Positions 22,502 to 32,367 of a stretch of 64,000 bases of DNA are shown here, one piece after another. Each line of letters opens with the position of its first letter. Within the stretch, counting starts at the first letter, position 1. Below the pieces are notes generated by a model that did not search any database, had not been told where the DNA came from, and saw only the letters and a list, made by a program, of their open reading frames with translations. The translations under genes and the position numbers were made by a program. Origin of the DNA: an uncultured Prochlorococcus sp. (GTDB taxonomy: Bacteria; Cyanobacteriota; Cyanobacteriia; PCC-6307; Cyanobiaceae); assembly GCA_902620895.1 (NCBI GenBank), contig CACNJU010000005.1, positions 20,635 to 84,634 on the forward strand, in the 5' to 3' direction.

Positions 22502-23014
22502 ATGATTAAATCAATTGTTTTCCCCTCACTAAAGAATGCATTAATGACTTTGTTAATCGTTGGGATTTTATTTTTTAATTCTGTAAATTCTGCATGGGCT
22601 AAACGACCTCCTGAGATTAGAAACCAGCAAGACCTTAATTTAGAGCCAGATATGCATGGTCAAGATTTAAGCGGTAACGAATACGTTAAGTTTGATTTGA
22701 ATGGATTTAATTTCAGTGAAAGTAATTTAGAAGGCGCGGTGTTCAATAATAGTAAATTGCAAAATTCAAAGTTTAATGGAGCCAATCTAAGAGATGCATT
22801 AGCTTATGCAACAGATTTTACAGATGCAGATCTTTCGGATGTTAATTTTACAAATGCTTTATTAATGGAGAGTAATTTTGAAGGAGCAAAAATAGATGGT
22901 GCAGATTTTACAGATGCAGTTCTTAGTCGTACACAACAGAAACAATTATGTGCGATTGCTAATGGCACAAATAGTTCTACAGGAGAGAGTACAGAATATA
23001 GCTTAGGTTGTTAA
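22502..23014 (+). CDS. Secreted/lumenal pentapeptide repeat protein
   Basis: Signal peptide ending AWA, A(D/N)LxX repeats, C-terminal LC...SLGC. Confidence 0.9.
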   Translation: MIKSIVFPSLKNALMTLLIVGILFFNSVNSAWAKRPPEIRNQQDLNLEPDMHGQDLSGNEYVKFDLNGFNFSESNLEGAVFNNSKLQNSKFNGANLRDALAYATDFTDADLSDVNFTNALLMESNFEGAKIDGADFTDAVLSRTQQKQLCAIANGTNSSTGESTEYSLGC

Positions 23015-23023
23015 TCATAAAAA

Positions 23024-24088
23024 ATGAAAAAAAAAATACCAGTTATAGTTGTTTCAGGATTTCTTGGTTCAGGTAAAACAACTTTTCTAAGATATTTATT
23101 AAAAGAGAGTAATAAAAAATTTGGTTTAATAATTAATGAATTTGGTGATGTTGGAATTGACGGTGATTTGATTAAAAGTTGTGATAAATGTGATGAATCT
23201 GAAGACGACTGCGTAATCGAATTAAACAATGGATGTTTATGTTGTACTGTTCAAGATGATTTTGTTCCATCAATAAAAGCTCTCCTAGAATTTAATCCTC
23301 CTATCGAATCAATAATTATCGAAACAAGTGGCTTGGCACTACCAATTCCCTTAATTCAAGCACTTAACTGGCCTGAGATTAGGTCTTCCATCTACCTTGA
23401 TGTTGTTGTTGGGATCGTTAATGGAGAATCAATGCTTAATGGTTCACCAATTAATGATTTAAATAAAATAACAAAACAATATAATGAAACAGATAAAATT
23501 GATCACAACGCCACTATAGATGAACTTTTTGAGGAGCAACTAGAAGTTTCTGATATCGTTTTAGTCTCTAGATCAGATATCTTAAATGATGATCAGTTTG
23601 ACGTTGTAAAACATAAAATTCAAGGAAGTCTAAACTCATCTACACCAGTCCTTAAATCCAATAATGGCAAAATTGATTTGAACTATCTATTTGATTTTAA
23701 TTTTAAAAAAGAAACTTATAAAGAATTTTTAACTGAAGAACATGACCATAATCATGTTGAACTTGTATCAGAATCAATTAAATTAAATTATTTCCTAGAA
23801 AAAAATGACTTTGAAAAGGAGATGTCAAAAATCTTGGATGAATTAAACATTCTTCGAATAAAAGGACGTATTTGGATACCAAACAAATCATTACCTTTAC
23901 AAATACAAATTGTTGGAAAGAAAATTAATACTTGGTTTGAAGAAGCGCCAGATAATTGTTGGAGGCCAAATGATAATGCTGGGCTTGAATTAGTAATAAT
24001 TTCCTTTGATGAAAAATCTATAAAAACTTTTAATAAAAAAATTAAAGAGAAATTTAAGATTTTAAGTGAACCAAAAATAGCAATTTGA
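23024..24088 (+). CDS. cobW: CobW/COG0523 metal-chaperone GTPase
   Basis: SGFLGSGKTT, INEFG, NGCLCCTV, IETSGLA, short His stretch, RIKG. Confidence 0.9.
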   Translation: MKKKIPVIVVSGFLGSGKTTFLRYLLKESNKKFGLIINEFGDVGIDGDLIKSCDKCDESEDDCVIELNNGCLCCTVQDDFVPSIKALLEFNPPIESIIIETSGLALPIPLIQALNWPEIRSSIYLDVVVGIVNGESMLNGSPINDLNKITKQYNETDKIDHNATIDELFEEQLEVSDIVLVSRSDILNDDQFDVVKHKIQGSLNSSTPVLKSNNGKIDLNYLFDFNFKKETYKEFLTEEHDHNHVELVSESIKLNYFLEKNDFEKEMSKILDELNILRIKGRIWIPNKSLPLQIQIVGKKINTWFEEAPDNCWRPNDNAGLELVIISFDEKSIKTFNKKIKEKFKILSEPKIAI

Positions 24089-24133
24089 CATTATAGTTAG
24101 CCGTCGGGATACTTAAATAGAAGACAGCCCAAG

Positions 24134-24298
24134 ATGGAAAATCCAAAAATTGCTTTAAAACAAATAATCACTGACGAAGTTACATCAATTGATAAAATAA
24201 AATGTTCAAAATGTGGAGGGGCAGGAAATTTTAAAACACATGAAAATTCAAGAAGAACTTGCTTAGTATGTTTTGGTAGAGGCTACATAAACATCTAA
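24134..24298 (+). CDS. 54-aa DnaJ-type zinc-finger microprotein (not in ORF track)
   Basis: Manual translation MENPKIALKQIITDEVTSIDKIKCSKCGGAGNFKTHENSRRTCLVCFGRGYINI; two CxxCxGxG motifs. Confidence 0.75.
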   Translation: MENPKIALKQIITDEVTSIDKIKCSKCGGAGNFKTHENSRRTCLVCFGRGYINI

Positions 24299-24395
24299 TA
24301 ACTCAGAAAACCTTAAGGTAAAAATATTTGTTTATTAATCAATAGTACTTTTTATTAAAATTTAAACTAATCTTCTAGTAGAAATTAATTTTTAA

Positions 24396-24650
24396 TTGGA
24401 CCAATTTGCTGTAAAAGTTTTTGTAAGACTAAGACCCTCAGTTTTAGATCCAGCAGGGGAAGCTACTAAATCTGCCTCTATAAAACTTGGAGCCGAGGGA
24501 ATAAAATCATTACGTATAGGAAAAATGATTGAGGTAAAAATAGAAGGTAATGGTGAAAACGAAGTAAGAGGAAAAATTGATTTATTGTGTGATAGGTTAT
24601 TCGCAAATACTGTTATTGAAGATTATGAGTATTCACTAGAAAAACTATAA
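24396..24650 (+). CDS. purS: Phosphoribosylformylglycinamidine synthase subunit PurS
   Basis: [20 protein letters not shown]; adjacent to purQ. Confidence 0.93.
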   Translation: MDQFAVKVFVRLRPSVLDPAGEATKSASIKLGAEGIKSLRIGKMIEVKIEGNGENEVRGKIDLLCDRLFANTVIEDYEYSLEKL

Positions 24651-24651
24651 G

Positions 24652-25317
24652 ATGGATAATTTTTCTGTAGGAGTTGTTGTCTTCCCTGGTTCTAATTGTG
24701 ATCGTGATGTTTCATGGGCATTGGAAGGTTGTTTAGACATAAGAACAAAATACTTGTGGCATGAGTCTTCAGATTTAAGTGATGTAGATGCAATAGTATT
24801 ACCCGGAGGATTTAGCTATGGTGATTATTTAAGATGCGGAGCAATTGCGAGATTCTCTCCATTAATAAATGCCTTGGATGAGTTTGTTAAAAGCGGGAAA
24901 AGAGTTTTAGGAATTTGTAATGGGTTTCAAATTTTGACAGAATCAGGATTTTTGCCTGGTGCTCTTGTTGCAAATAAAAATCTTAATTTTATCTGTGATG
25001 ACGTTGAACTGGACATCGTTTCTTCAAAAGGAGGTTGGTTTAATAATGTAGATGAAAAACAAACAATTAAATTGCCAATAGCGCATGGGGAAGGAAGATA
25101 TCATTGTGATTCTGATACTTTAAAGAAACTTGTAGATAATGAATTGATCGCTTTGAGATATAAAAATAATCCCAATGGATCCTCATTCGATATCGCAGGC
25201 ATAACTAATGAGAAGGGAAATGTTCTAGGTTTAATGCCTCATCCAGAGCGAGCATGCGACGAGACAATTGGTGGGACTGATGGTCTCTTTACATTAAAAT
25301 CATTAATATTGAAATAA
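24652..25317 (+). CDS. purQ: Phosphoribosylformylglycinamidine synthase subunit PurQ
   Basis: [29 protein letters not shown]. Confidence 0.97.
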   Translation: MDNFSVGVVVFPGSNCDRDVSWALEGCLDIRTKYLWHESSDLSDVDAIVLPGGFSYGDYLRCGAIARFSPLINALDEFVKSGKRVLGICNGFQILTESGFLPGALVANKNLNFICDDVELDIVSSKGGWFNNVDEKQTIKLPIAHGEGRYHCDSDTLKKLVDNELIALRYKNNPNGSSFDIAGITNEKGNVLGLMPHPERACDETIGGTDGLFTLKSLILK

Positions 25318-25350
25318 AAAAAGACCCCCAATTTTGGAGGCCCTTTTTTT
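25316..25350 (-). terminator. Rho-independent terminator downstream of fbaA (possibly bidirectional with purQ)
   Basis: Minus strand GGGCCTCCA-AAAT-TGGGGGTCT hairpin (G-U pairs) followed by a U run; A7 on the other side. Confidence 0.75.
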
Positions 25351-25368
25351 ATTTAATTTGGGAAGAAA

Positions 25369-26442
25369 TTAAACAGTAGCTTTTACTTTTGGATCCAAAT
25401 CACCTTTTGCGTAAAGATCAGCAAAATAATTAGTGCTGTTTTGTTTGATCTTACTTGCTTGACCTTCGCACCAGAACTGCTTGTATCTATCAAGACAAAC
25501 TTGCTTCATGTATTTTCTAGCAGGCTTGTTGAAATGTCTTGGGTCGAAGTTTGCCTTATCAGCAAATGCTGCCTCTCTAACCGCGGCAGTGAAAGCAAGT
25601 CTGTTATCAGTATCAATGTTGACTTTCCTAACTCCATTTCTTATTCCCTCTTGAATTTCTTCAACAGGAACACCATAAGTTTGAGGAATTTCACCGCCAT
25701 ATTTGTTAATGATATCCAACCATTCTTGAGGAACTGAACTAGATCCATGCATTACAAGATGGGTATTTGGAAGTGCTTTATGAATTTCAGCAATTCTGCT
25801 TATTGCAAGAACTTCTCCTGTAGGTTTTCTTGTAAATTTATAAGCACCATGACTTGTTCCGATAGCAATAGCTAAAGCATCGACTTTTGTTTTAGCTACA
25901 AAATCTGCAGCTTCTTCAGGATCAGTCAGAAGCATATCTGTAGAAAGTTCACCTTCAAATCCATGACCATCTTCCGCTTCACCTTTTCCTGTCTCTAATG
26001 AACCTAAGCAACCCAACTCTCCTTCAACACTAACTCCAACTGAATGAGCAAAATCTACTACTTTTTTAGTAACTGCAACATTATATTCGTAACTAGCGGG
26101 TGTTTTCGCATCTGCCTCTAGAGAACCGTCCATCATTACTGATGTGAAACCATTTATTGCTGCTGAGTAACATGTTGATGGCTCATTACCGTGATCTTGG
26201 TGCATTACCACTGGAATATTAGGATATGTTTCTGTAGCAGCAAGGATTAGATGACGTAGGAAAATTTCTCCTGCATAATTTCTTGCCCCTCTTGAAGCTT
26301 GGAGGATTACAGGACTATCAGTTTCATATGCTGCTTCCATGATTGCTTGAACTTGTTCAAGGTTATTAACATTGAAAGCTGGAATACCGTAACCATTCTC
26401 AGCAGCGTGATCTAAAAGTAGTCTTAGTGGAACGAGGGCCAT
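25369..26442 (-). CDS. fbaA: Fructose-bisphosphate aldolase class II (CbbA type)
   Basis: [39 protein letters not shown]. Confidence 0.96.
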   Translation of the reverse strand: MALVPLRLLLDHAAENGYGIPAFNVNNLEQVQAIMEAAYETDSPVILQASRGARNYAGEIFLRHLILAATETYPNIPVVMHQDHGNEPSTCYSAAINGFTSVMMDGSLEADAKTPASYEYNVAVTKKVVDFAHSVGVSVEGELGCLGSLETGKGEAEDGHGFEGELSTDMLLTDPEEAADFVAKTKVDALAIAIGTSHGAYKFTRKPTGEVLAISRIAEIHKALPNTHLVMHGSSSVPQEWLDIINKYGGEIPQTYGVPVEEIQEGIRNGVRKVNIDTDNRLAFTAAVREAAFADKANFDPRHFNKPARKYMKQVCLDRYKQFWCEGQASKIKQNSTNYFADLYAKGDLDPKVKATV

Positions 26443-26501
26443 AATTAAAATAAGTTAAATGCTATATAAAGCATATGTTTCCGAGAGTTTAGTATAAAGA
26501 G

Positions 26502-26515
26502 GTATCAAATGTCAC
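26502..26515 (-). promoter_or_regulatory. NtcA/CRP-like box (GTG-N8-TAC) upstream of fbaA
   Basis: Minus strand GTGACATTTGATAC, 5 nt upstream of a TATACT -10 (26496-26491). Confidence 0.4.
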
Positions 26516-26590
26516 GTCATTAGATATACAAAATACTAAATTAAAGAAACTTATTTTATGACCTAGAGTACATTTTTAGGATTTTTTTAG

Positions 26591-27658
26591 TTAATAAGTG
26601 TAGCCTGCCACAAACAATTGTTCATCAGATGAAGGTTGAGATCCTGCTACGTAGGCACCTTTTGAAGCTTCAGAGTTTGCTTGAGCTCTTGCTATTAATG
26701 CTTTTTGACCTCCTTCAACGTCGCTTCCTTTCCAGGCCTTTAAGTATGAGTGCTGTAATGCTCTCCCATAGGAGAATGAAACATTCCATAAAGCTTTCCT
26801 GTAAAGAGTGTTCATATTATTTAGATAAACAGAAGCAGCTTCTTCGCTTAACCCTCCTGATAAGAAAACTATTCCAGGGACAGATGCAGGAACGCATCTT
26901 TCCATAGTTCTTATTGTCATTTCAGCAACCTTCATAGGATCAGCCTTTGTTGGACAATCTGCTCCATTAACAGTCATAGAAGGTTTTAATAGAGTGCCTT
27001 CTAGAAAAACTCCATTTGCTTGACAGGCACTATAAACCTGCTTTATTACCTCTTCTTGAACTTCAGCAGTTTTTTCAATAGTATGGTCGCCGTCCATTAA
27101 GATTTCAGGTTCAATAATTGGTACTAACCCAGATTCTTGAACTGATCTTGCATACCTTGCTAATCCCCAAGCATTCTCTTGAATTGATAGTTTTGAAGGA
27201 CAACCATCATTTGTAATTTGCAGAACTGCTCTCCACTTTGCAAATCTGGCACCTTGTTCATAATATTTTGCGGCTCTTTCAACTAACCCATCTAGGCCAG
27301 AGCAAAAAGTTTCTACATCTCCTCCTCCTGGAAGTGGATTTAGGCCCTTATCGACCTTTATACCTGGAATAATACCTAAATCATTTAGTTTCTTAACCAT
27401 TGACTCGCCATCTTGGTGATTCTGATAAAGAGTTTCTTCGAAGAGGATTGCTCCACTTATATATTTGCCAAGACCTTCTGTAGTAAAAAGCATTCCTCTA
27501 TATGCCTTCCTATTGTCTTCAGTATTCTCAACGCCAATTCCAGCGAGTCTTTTACCTACTGTTTTAGTGGATTCATCTACCGCTAATATTCCTTTTCCTT
27601 TAGAAGCTAGTAATTGAGCATTTTCTTTAAGCTCATTTTTGTAATAATTTAAAGCCAT
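26591..27658 (-). CDS. Fructose-bisphosphate aldolase class I (eukaryote/plastid type)
   Basis: GILAVDES, GIKVDKG, FAKWR, EPEIL, LLKPSM, FLSGG, FSYGRALQ, C-terminal Y. Confidence 0.95.
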   Translation of the reverse strand: MALNYYKNELKENAQLLASKGKGILAVDESTKTVGKRLAGIGVENTEDNRKAYRGMLFTTEGLGKYISGAILFEETLYQNHQDGESMVKKLNDLGIIPGIKVDKGLNPLPGGGDVETFCSGLDGLVERAAKYYEQGARFAKWRAVLQITNDGCPSKLSIQENAWGLARYARSVQESGLVPIIEPEILMDGDHTIEKTAEVQEEVIKQVYSACQANGVFLEGTLLKPSMTVNGADCPTKADPMKVAEMTIRTMERCVPASVPGIVFLSGGLSEEAASVYLNNMNTLYRKALWNVSFSYGRALQHSYLKAWKGSDVEGGQKALIARAQANSEASKGAYVAGSQPSSDEQLFVAGYTY

Positions 27659-27732
27659 TCTTTAATAATTCAGTTCAATTGATTTTTCCAGAATTATGAA
27701 AAAAAAATAAAAACAATCCAATACTTTATTGG

Positions 27733-27746
27733 GTGATAATTGCTAC
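27733..27746 (-). promoter_or_regulatory. NtcA/CRP-like box (GTA-N8-CAC) upstream of class I aldolase
   Basis: Minus strand GTAGCAATTATCAC, 4 nt upstream of TAAAGT. Confidence 0.35.
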
Positions 27747-27762
27747 TTATAAATGTATAGCC

Positions 27763-28861
27763 TTAAATTTTGATACTTAATCCACTTTTGGAAGATTCTC
27801 TTATGGCTTCGCAAACTTTATGACTAGCAAGTCCCTCGCATAAGCCTGGGATTACAGGTGTTCCATTCATTATACTCTGGGCCCATAAATTTTGAATTCT
27901 CAAAACTGGAGCTATTCTCCCATCAGTCCATGTTTTTTTCAAAATTAAAACTTGAATCTGCAGTTAGATTTTGTATTTTATTTTCGTTGTTTGAATATTT
28001 TAAATTAAAACCATGTACATAATCTTTTTGGTTTTCGCTTTTAAGAATTAGTGAACCTTCGCTTCCATATATTTCTAAACTAAATCCTCTACCATTTTTA
28101 GAAATTGATGATAAAGATACCTGACATGGAATAAGATTAGAGCTGTAGTTTGATATTTCTATATTGGCTAAACATACATCTTCACTCGTAACATCATTAA
28201 GATCAGATGAATTAGGTAAAGGTCTTTTTTTTATTGATGTTGCTAACTTGCCAGACACGTTTATTGCTTCTCCAAAAAACCAATTCAACATATCGAATGC
28301 ATGAGTACCTAAAGCGCCAATAACTCCTCCACCTTTTTCTTCCAATGAATACCAATTCCAGGATCTTTTGGGGTCGGATCTACTACCCATTAACCAATCT
28401 AATTTGACTAAATATATATCTCCTAAGATATTTTCATCAATAAGTTTTTTTGTCTGAAGGAAAAGAGGTACTGCTCTATATTCAAAATCAACACATACGC
28501 TTAAATTATTAATTAAAGATATTCTCTGAAGCTCTTCAATTTCTGAGGAGGATATTGAAACGGGTTTTTCTAGGAGCAAATTTTTATTATTCTCTAGAGC
28601 TTGTTTTGCTAACTTAAATCTTGATTCAGGAGGAGTGGCAATAATAATTCCATCAATTTTTGGAGATTTAACTAAGTCTTCCCAATTATGAAAAAAATCT
28701 AAGCCCGTTTCTTTTTCTATTATCGATTTTTGCTTTTTCTCATAATGATAAATTGCTACAGGAGTTAAGTGATCAGACTCTTTTAATGCCTCTAAATGAA
28801 CTTTTTTCCCAAATCCTAGTCCAGCGATTGCTATTTTTAATTTTTTATTTTTAGTATTCAT
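27763..28861 (-). pseudogene. Gfo/Idh/MocA oxidoreductase, frameshifted as assembled (probably an intact gene with a homopolymer error)
   Basis: GLGFG, LEKP and GGGVIGALGTHAFD motifs; removing one base from the T7 run at 27933-27939 restores FEKTWTDGRIAPV...GLSIKI stop at 27763. Confidence 0.8.
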
Positions 28862-28863
28862 TC

Positions 28864-29256
28864 TTATTCATTAATAAACTCTGAACAGCTATTTTCAATA
28901 ACAACATCTATAAGTTCATCATTATTAGAAGTTTGCCATTTTGAATTGAATTGTGGAATTCCATTTATTGATGTATCTTTGAACTTTTTTTCATTGCAAT
29001 TAATTCTCATTACATAAAGTGATAACTCTCCATCATCATCAGAATTAGTTGGATTCTTAAAGAACTTTGTTAATACACTTATTTCACCATTTGGGAGCGA
29101 CTTAATACTCCCTTTATCAAGCCATTCTTTCCCATCATCATTCTCTTTTAGTAGGACCCAGTCAACATTTCCTATCGCATATGAATAGGAGGCAAAGTTA
29201 AAAATAAAGAGTAGAAGGGTTAAAGAAAAATAAAATAAATTACAAATTATTCTCAT
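28864..29256 (-). CDS. Secreted hypothetical protein
   Basis: Signal peptide ending SYA, WVLLKEN..W motif, paired Cys; ATG at 29256 just after the accD stop. Confidence 0.75.
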   Translation of the reverse strand: MRIICNLFYFSLTLLLFIFNFASYSYAIGNVDWVLLKENDDGKEWLDKGSIKSLPNGEISVLTKFFKNPTNSDDDGELSLYVMRINCNEKKFKDTSINGIPQFNSKWQTSNNDELIDVVIENSCSEFINE

Positions 29257-29257
29257 T

Positions 29258-30140
29258 TTATATATTTGCTTCTGCAAGTTCTTTTACACCATGAATTTTT
29301 AAAATTTTAGTCAGAGTATCCTTGAGATCTTTCCTTTTTACTATTACATCAACAAAACCATGCTCAAGCAAATATTCAGCTGTTTGAAAATTATCGGGTA
29401 ATTTTTCTCTTAATGTTTGTTCTATAACCCTTCTTCCAGCAAATCCAATAAGTGCTTTAGGTTCCGCCAAAATTAAATCACCTAACATCGCAAAGCTGGC
29501 TGTTACCCCTCCAGTAGTTGGATGAGTTAACAAGGGCATATATAGGAGATTTTTCTCTTTATGTTTTTTTTAGTGCTCCAGATATTTTTGCCATTTGCAT
29601 GAGACTTAACATACCTTCTTGCATCCTTGCTCCTCCTGATGCGCAAACAATAAGAATTGGAAAATTTTCCAAAGTTGCTCTCTCAATTATCCTTGTAATC
29701 TTTTCACCAACTACTGAACCCATGGATCCTCCCATAAATCTAAAATCCATAACAGCTAATGCTAAAGGCATTGAATTCACAGAACAGATACCTGTTACGA
29801 CTCCATCTCTTAGACCTGTACCTGCTTGACTTTCTTTAATTCGATCAGCATACGCTCTTCTATCTTTAAAACCCAAAGGATCTGTAGGACTTAGTGAACT
29901 ATCAAATTCTTTGAATGAATTTTTATCAGCAATTATATTTATCCTTTCATCGCTATTAATCCTATTGTGGTGTCCACAATTACTACAAACATTGAAATTT
30001 GAAATTAGGTCTTTTCTATAGGCTACTTGCGAACACTCTGAACATTTAACCCACAAACCATCTCCTTCGTCAGTATCTTGGGAAACTTTCCCAACAAATT
30101 GATCTTTACGCCTTGCGGCAAACCAGTCGATTAATGACAC
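29258..30140 (-). pseudogene. accD: Acetyl-CoA carboxylase carboxyltransferase beta subunit, frameshifted as assembled (essential gene; likely sequencing error)
   Basis: Zn finger [38 protein letters not shown]; T8 run at 29564-29571 has one extra base. Confidence 0.92.
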
Positions 30141-30279
30141 AACTTTTCCTGTTTTTTCTATTTAAATCTAAGTAAGGTACTTTTATCAAGAAAGATATAT
30201 AAAAATTTGAGATCCTCTAGATTAAAAACTTCTCAAAGTTAAAAAATAATGATCTGAGTTGATAATCGAAAATTAATTA

Positions 30280-31176
30280 TTATTTATTTTTCTCCTCAAT
30301 CATTTTATGAATTATTGGAGTGAGAATTAGTTCCATTGCGAATCCCATTTTCCCACCATTTACAACGATACTTGTTGGACTTGACATGAATGAATCGTTA
30401 ATCATTCCAAGCAAGTATTGAAAATCAATACCCCATTTCTCTCTTGCCCCTTTTCTAAAATGTATGATCACAAAGCTCTCATCAGGAGTTGGGATATTTC
30501 TGCATATGAAAGGATTTGAAGTGTCAATTGTTGGAATTCTTTGGAAATTAATATCAGTTTTGCTGAATTGTGGGCAGATGTGATTTATATAATCAGGCAT
30601 TCTTCTCAATATAGTATCCACAATGGTTTCCGCTGAGTAACCTCTTTCTGCGTTATCTCTATGGATTTTTTGAATCCACTCTAAATTTGTTATCGGAACA
30701 ACGCCAACAAGTAAATCAGCATAGGATGCCACATTGTATCCATCACCCTCTACCCCGCCATGCAAACCTTCATAAAAAAGTACGTCTGTTCCCTCAGGAA
30801 TATCTTCCCATGGAGTAAATTGCCCAGGTTCTAGTGATGTCCCAAGTCTTGTATTATGTTCTTCTGCTTCTTCAAGACTATGTAGATAATATCTTTTTTT
30901 TCCTCCTCCAGTTTCACCATAGATTTTAAAAAGTTCTTCTAATTTGTCAAAAAGATTAGCTTCCGGACCAAAATGAGAGAAATTTTCACCTTTTGAAAGA
31001 GCGTCTGCCATCGCTTTTTTCATAGGCATTCTTTCAAATCTGTGGTAACTATCACCTTCTACAACTGCAGGAACAATATCTTCTCTGGCAAAAATATGCT
31101 CAAAGGCTCTTTTTACTGTACTTGTCCCTGCTCCTGAAGATCCTGTTACAGCGACTACTGGATGACGTTTTGACAT
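30280..31176 (-). CDS. prk: Phosphoribulokinase (proteobacterial/class I type)
   Basis: VTGSSGAGTSTV, EGDSYHR, FYEGLHG, IHRD..ERGY, DINFQR. Confidence 0.95.
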   Translation of the reverse strand: MSKRHPVVAVTGSSGAGTSTVKRAFEHIFAREDIVPAVVEGDSYHRFERMPMKKAMADALSKGENFSHFGPEANLFDKLEELFKIYGETGGGKKRYYLHSLEEAEEHNTRLGTSLEPGQFTPWEDIPEGTDVLFYEGLHGGVEGDGYNVASYADLLVGVVPITNLEWIQKIHRDNAERGYSAETIVDTILRRMPDYINHICPQFSKTDINFQRIPTIDTSNPFICRNIPTPDESFVIIHFRKGAREKWGIDFQYLLGMINDSFMSSPTSIVVNGGKMGFAMELILTPIIHKMIEEKNK

Positions 31177-31265
31177 TTTTTAAAAACAATATCTAATGAT
31201 TCTGACAGGTCATATGCCAACTTTATGTTTTACTTAAAAATATTTTTTTATTTATTAATTTTTTT

Positions 31266-32339
31266 TTAAATTTCATCCATTATTTTATCTCCGATTTCAC
31301 TGCAAGATAATACTTCGAAAGACCCGTCAGCTAAATCGGCTGTTCTAAATCCTTTTGATAAAACTTTATCAATGGCAGTTTCTAAATTTTCTGCAGCTTC
31401 TTCTTCATTTAATCCAATTTTTAACATCATGGAAGCAGATAAAAGCATTGCAATAGGATTCGCTATGTTTTTACCAGCTATATCAGGAGCCGAACCATGA
31501 ACTGGTTCAAAAACTCCTGGCCCATTATTGTTTAAAGAAGCAGATGGCAGCATACCAATAGAACCTGTTAACATTGCGGCTAAATCGCTTAAGATATCAC
31601 CAAATAAATTACTAGTTAAAATCACATCAAATTGACCAGGATCTCTAACTAATTGCATTGCTGCATTATCAACGTACATATTGCTTAGAGATATATTTTC
31701 ATCTTTTGAGGTGATATTTAAAACTGTATCTCTCCACAATTGACTAACTTCAAGAACGTTTGATTTATCAACAGAACATATTTTTTTATTTCTTTGGTTA
31801 GCAATTTTTATCGCTATTTCAGTTATTCTCTCTATTTCGGCCGAATCATAAACCATCGTATTGAAAGCTTTTGGGATTTTTGTATTTGTTATATTGCCTC
31901 TTGGTTTTCCAAAATAAATTCCTCCTATTAATTCTCTTACAACAATAAGATCTACATGCTCAACGATTTCTTTTTTTAATGTACTTGCATCTAATAGAGA
32001 TTTTCTTATTTTGACAGGCCGGATATTTGCGAAAAGGTTTAGAGCAGATCTTAACTTTAGTAACCCACTTTCTGGCCTTAATTCTCTTGCAAGAGAGTCA
32101 TATTTAATATCTCCAACACATGCTAAAAGTACAGCATCACTTTTTTTGCATTGATCTAGTGTCTCATCTGGAGCAGGAGTCCCATATTTTTCATAAGCTA
32201 TCCCTCCAAATAATTTTTCAATAATCTCAACATCGAAATTATGATTTTTTGAAAGCTTTTTTAAAACTTTTTTTGAAACTTCTGAAATCTCTGGTCCAAT
32301 TCCGTCTCCTGACAATAAAACAATCTTATATTTCTTCAT
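31266..32339 (-). CDS. leuB: 3-isopropylmalate dehydrogenase
   Basis: GDGIGPE, VRELIGGIYFG, NLFGDILSD, EPVHGSAPDIAG. Confidence 0.97.
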   Translation of the reverse strand: MKKYKIVLLSGDGIGPEISEVSKKVLKKLSKNHNFDVEIIEKLFGGIAYEKYGTPAPDETLDQCKKSDAVLLACVGDIKYDSLARELRPESGLLKLRSALNLFANIRPVKIRKSLLDASTLKKEIVEHVDLIVVRELIGGIYFGKPRGNITNTKIPKAFNTMVYDSAEIERITEIAIKIANQRNKKICSVDKSNVLEVSQLWRDTVLNITSKDENISLSNMYVDNAAMQLVRDPGQFDVILTSNLFGDILSDLAAMLTGSIGMLPSASLNNNGPGVFEPVHGSAPDIAGKNIANPIAMLLSASMMLKIGLNEEEAAENLETAIDKVLSKGFRTADLADGSFEVLSCSEIGDKIMDEI

Positions 32340-32367
32340 TTAAATTTTTGTTTAATAGAACAATAAA

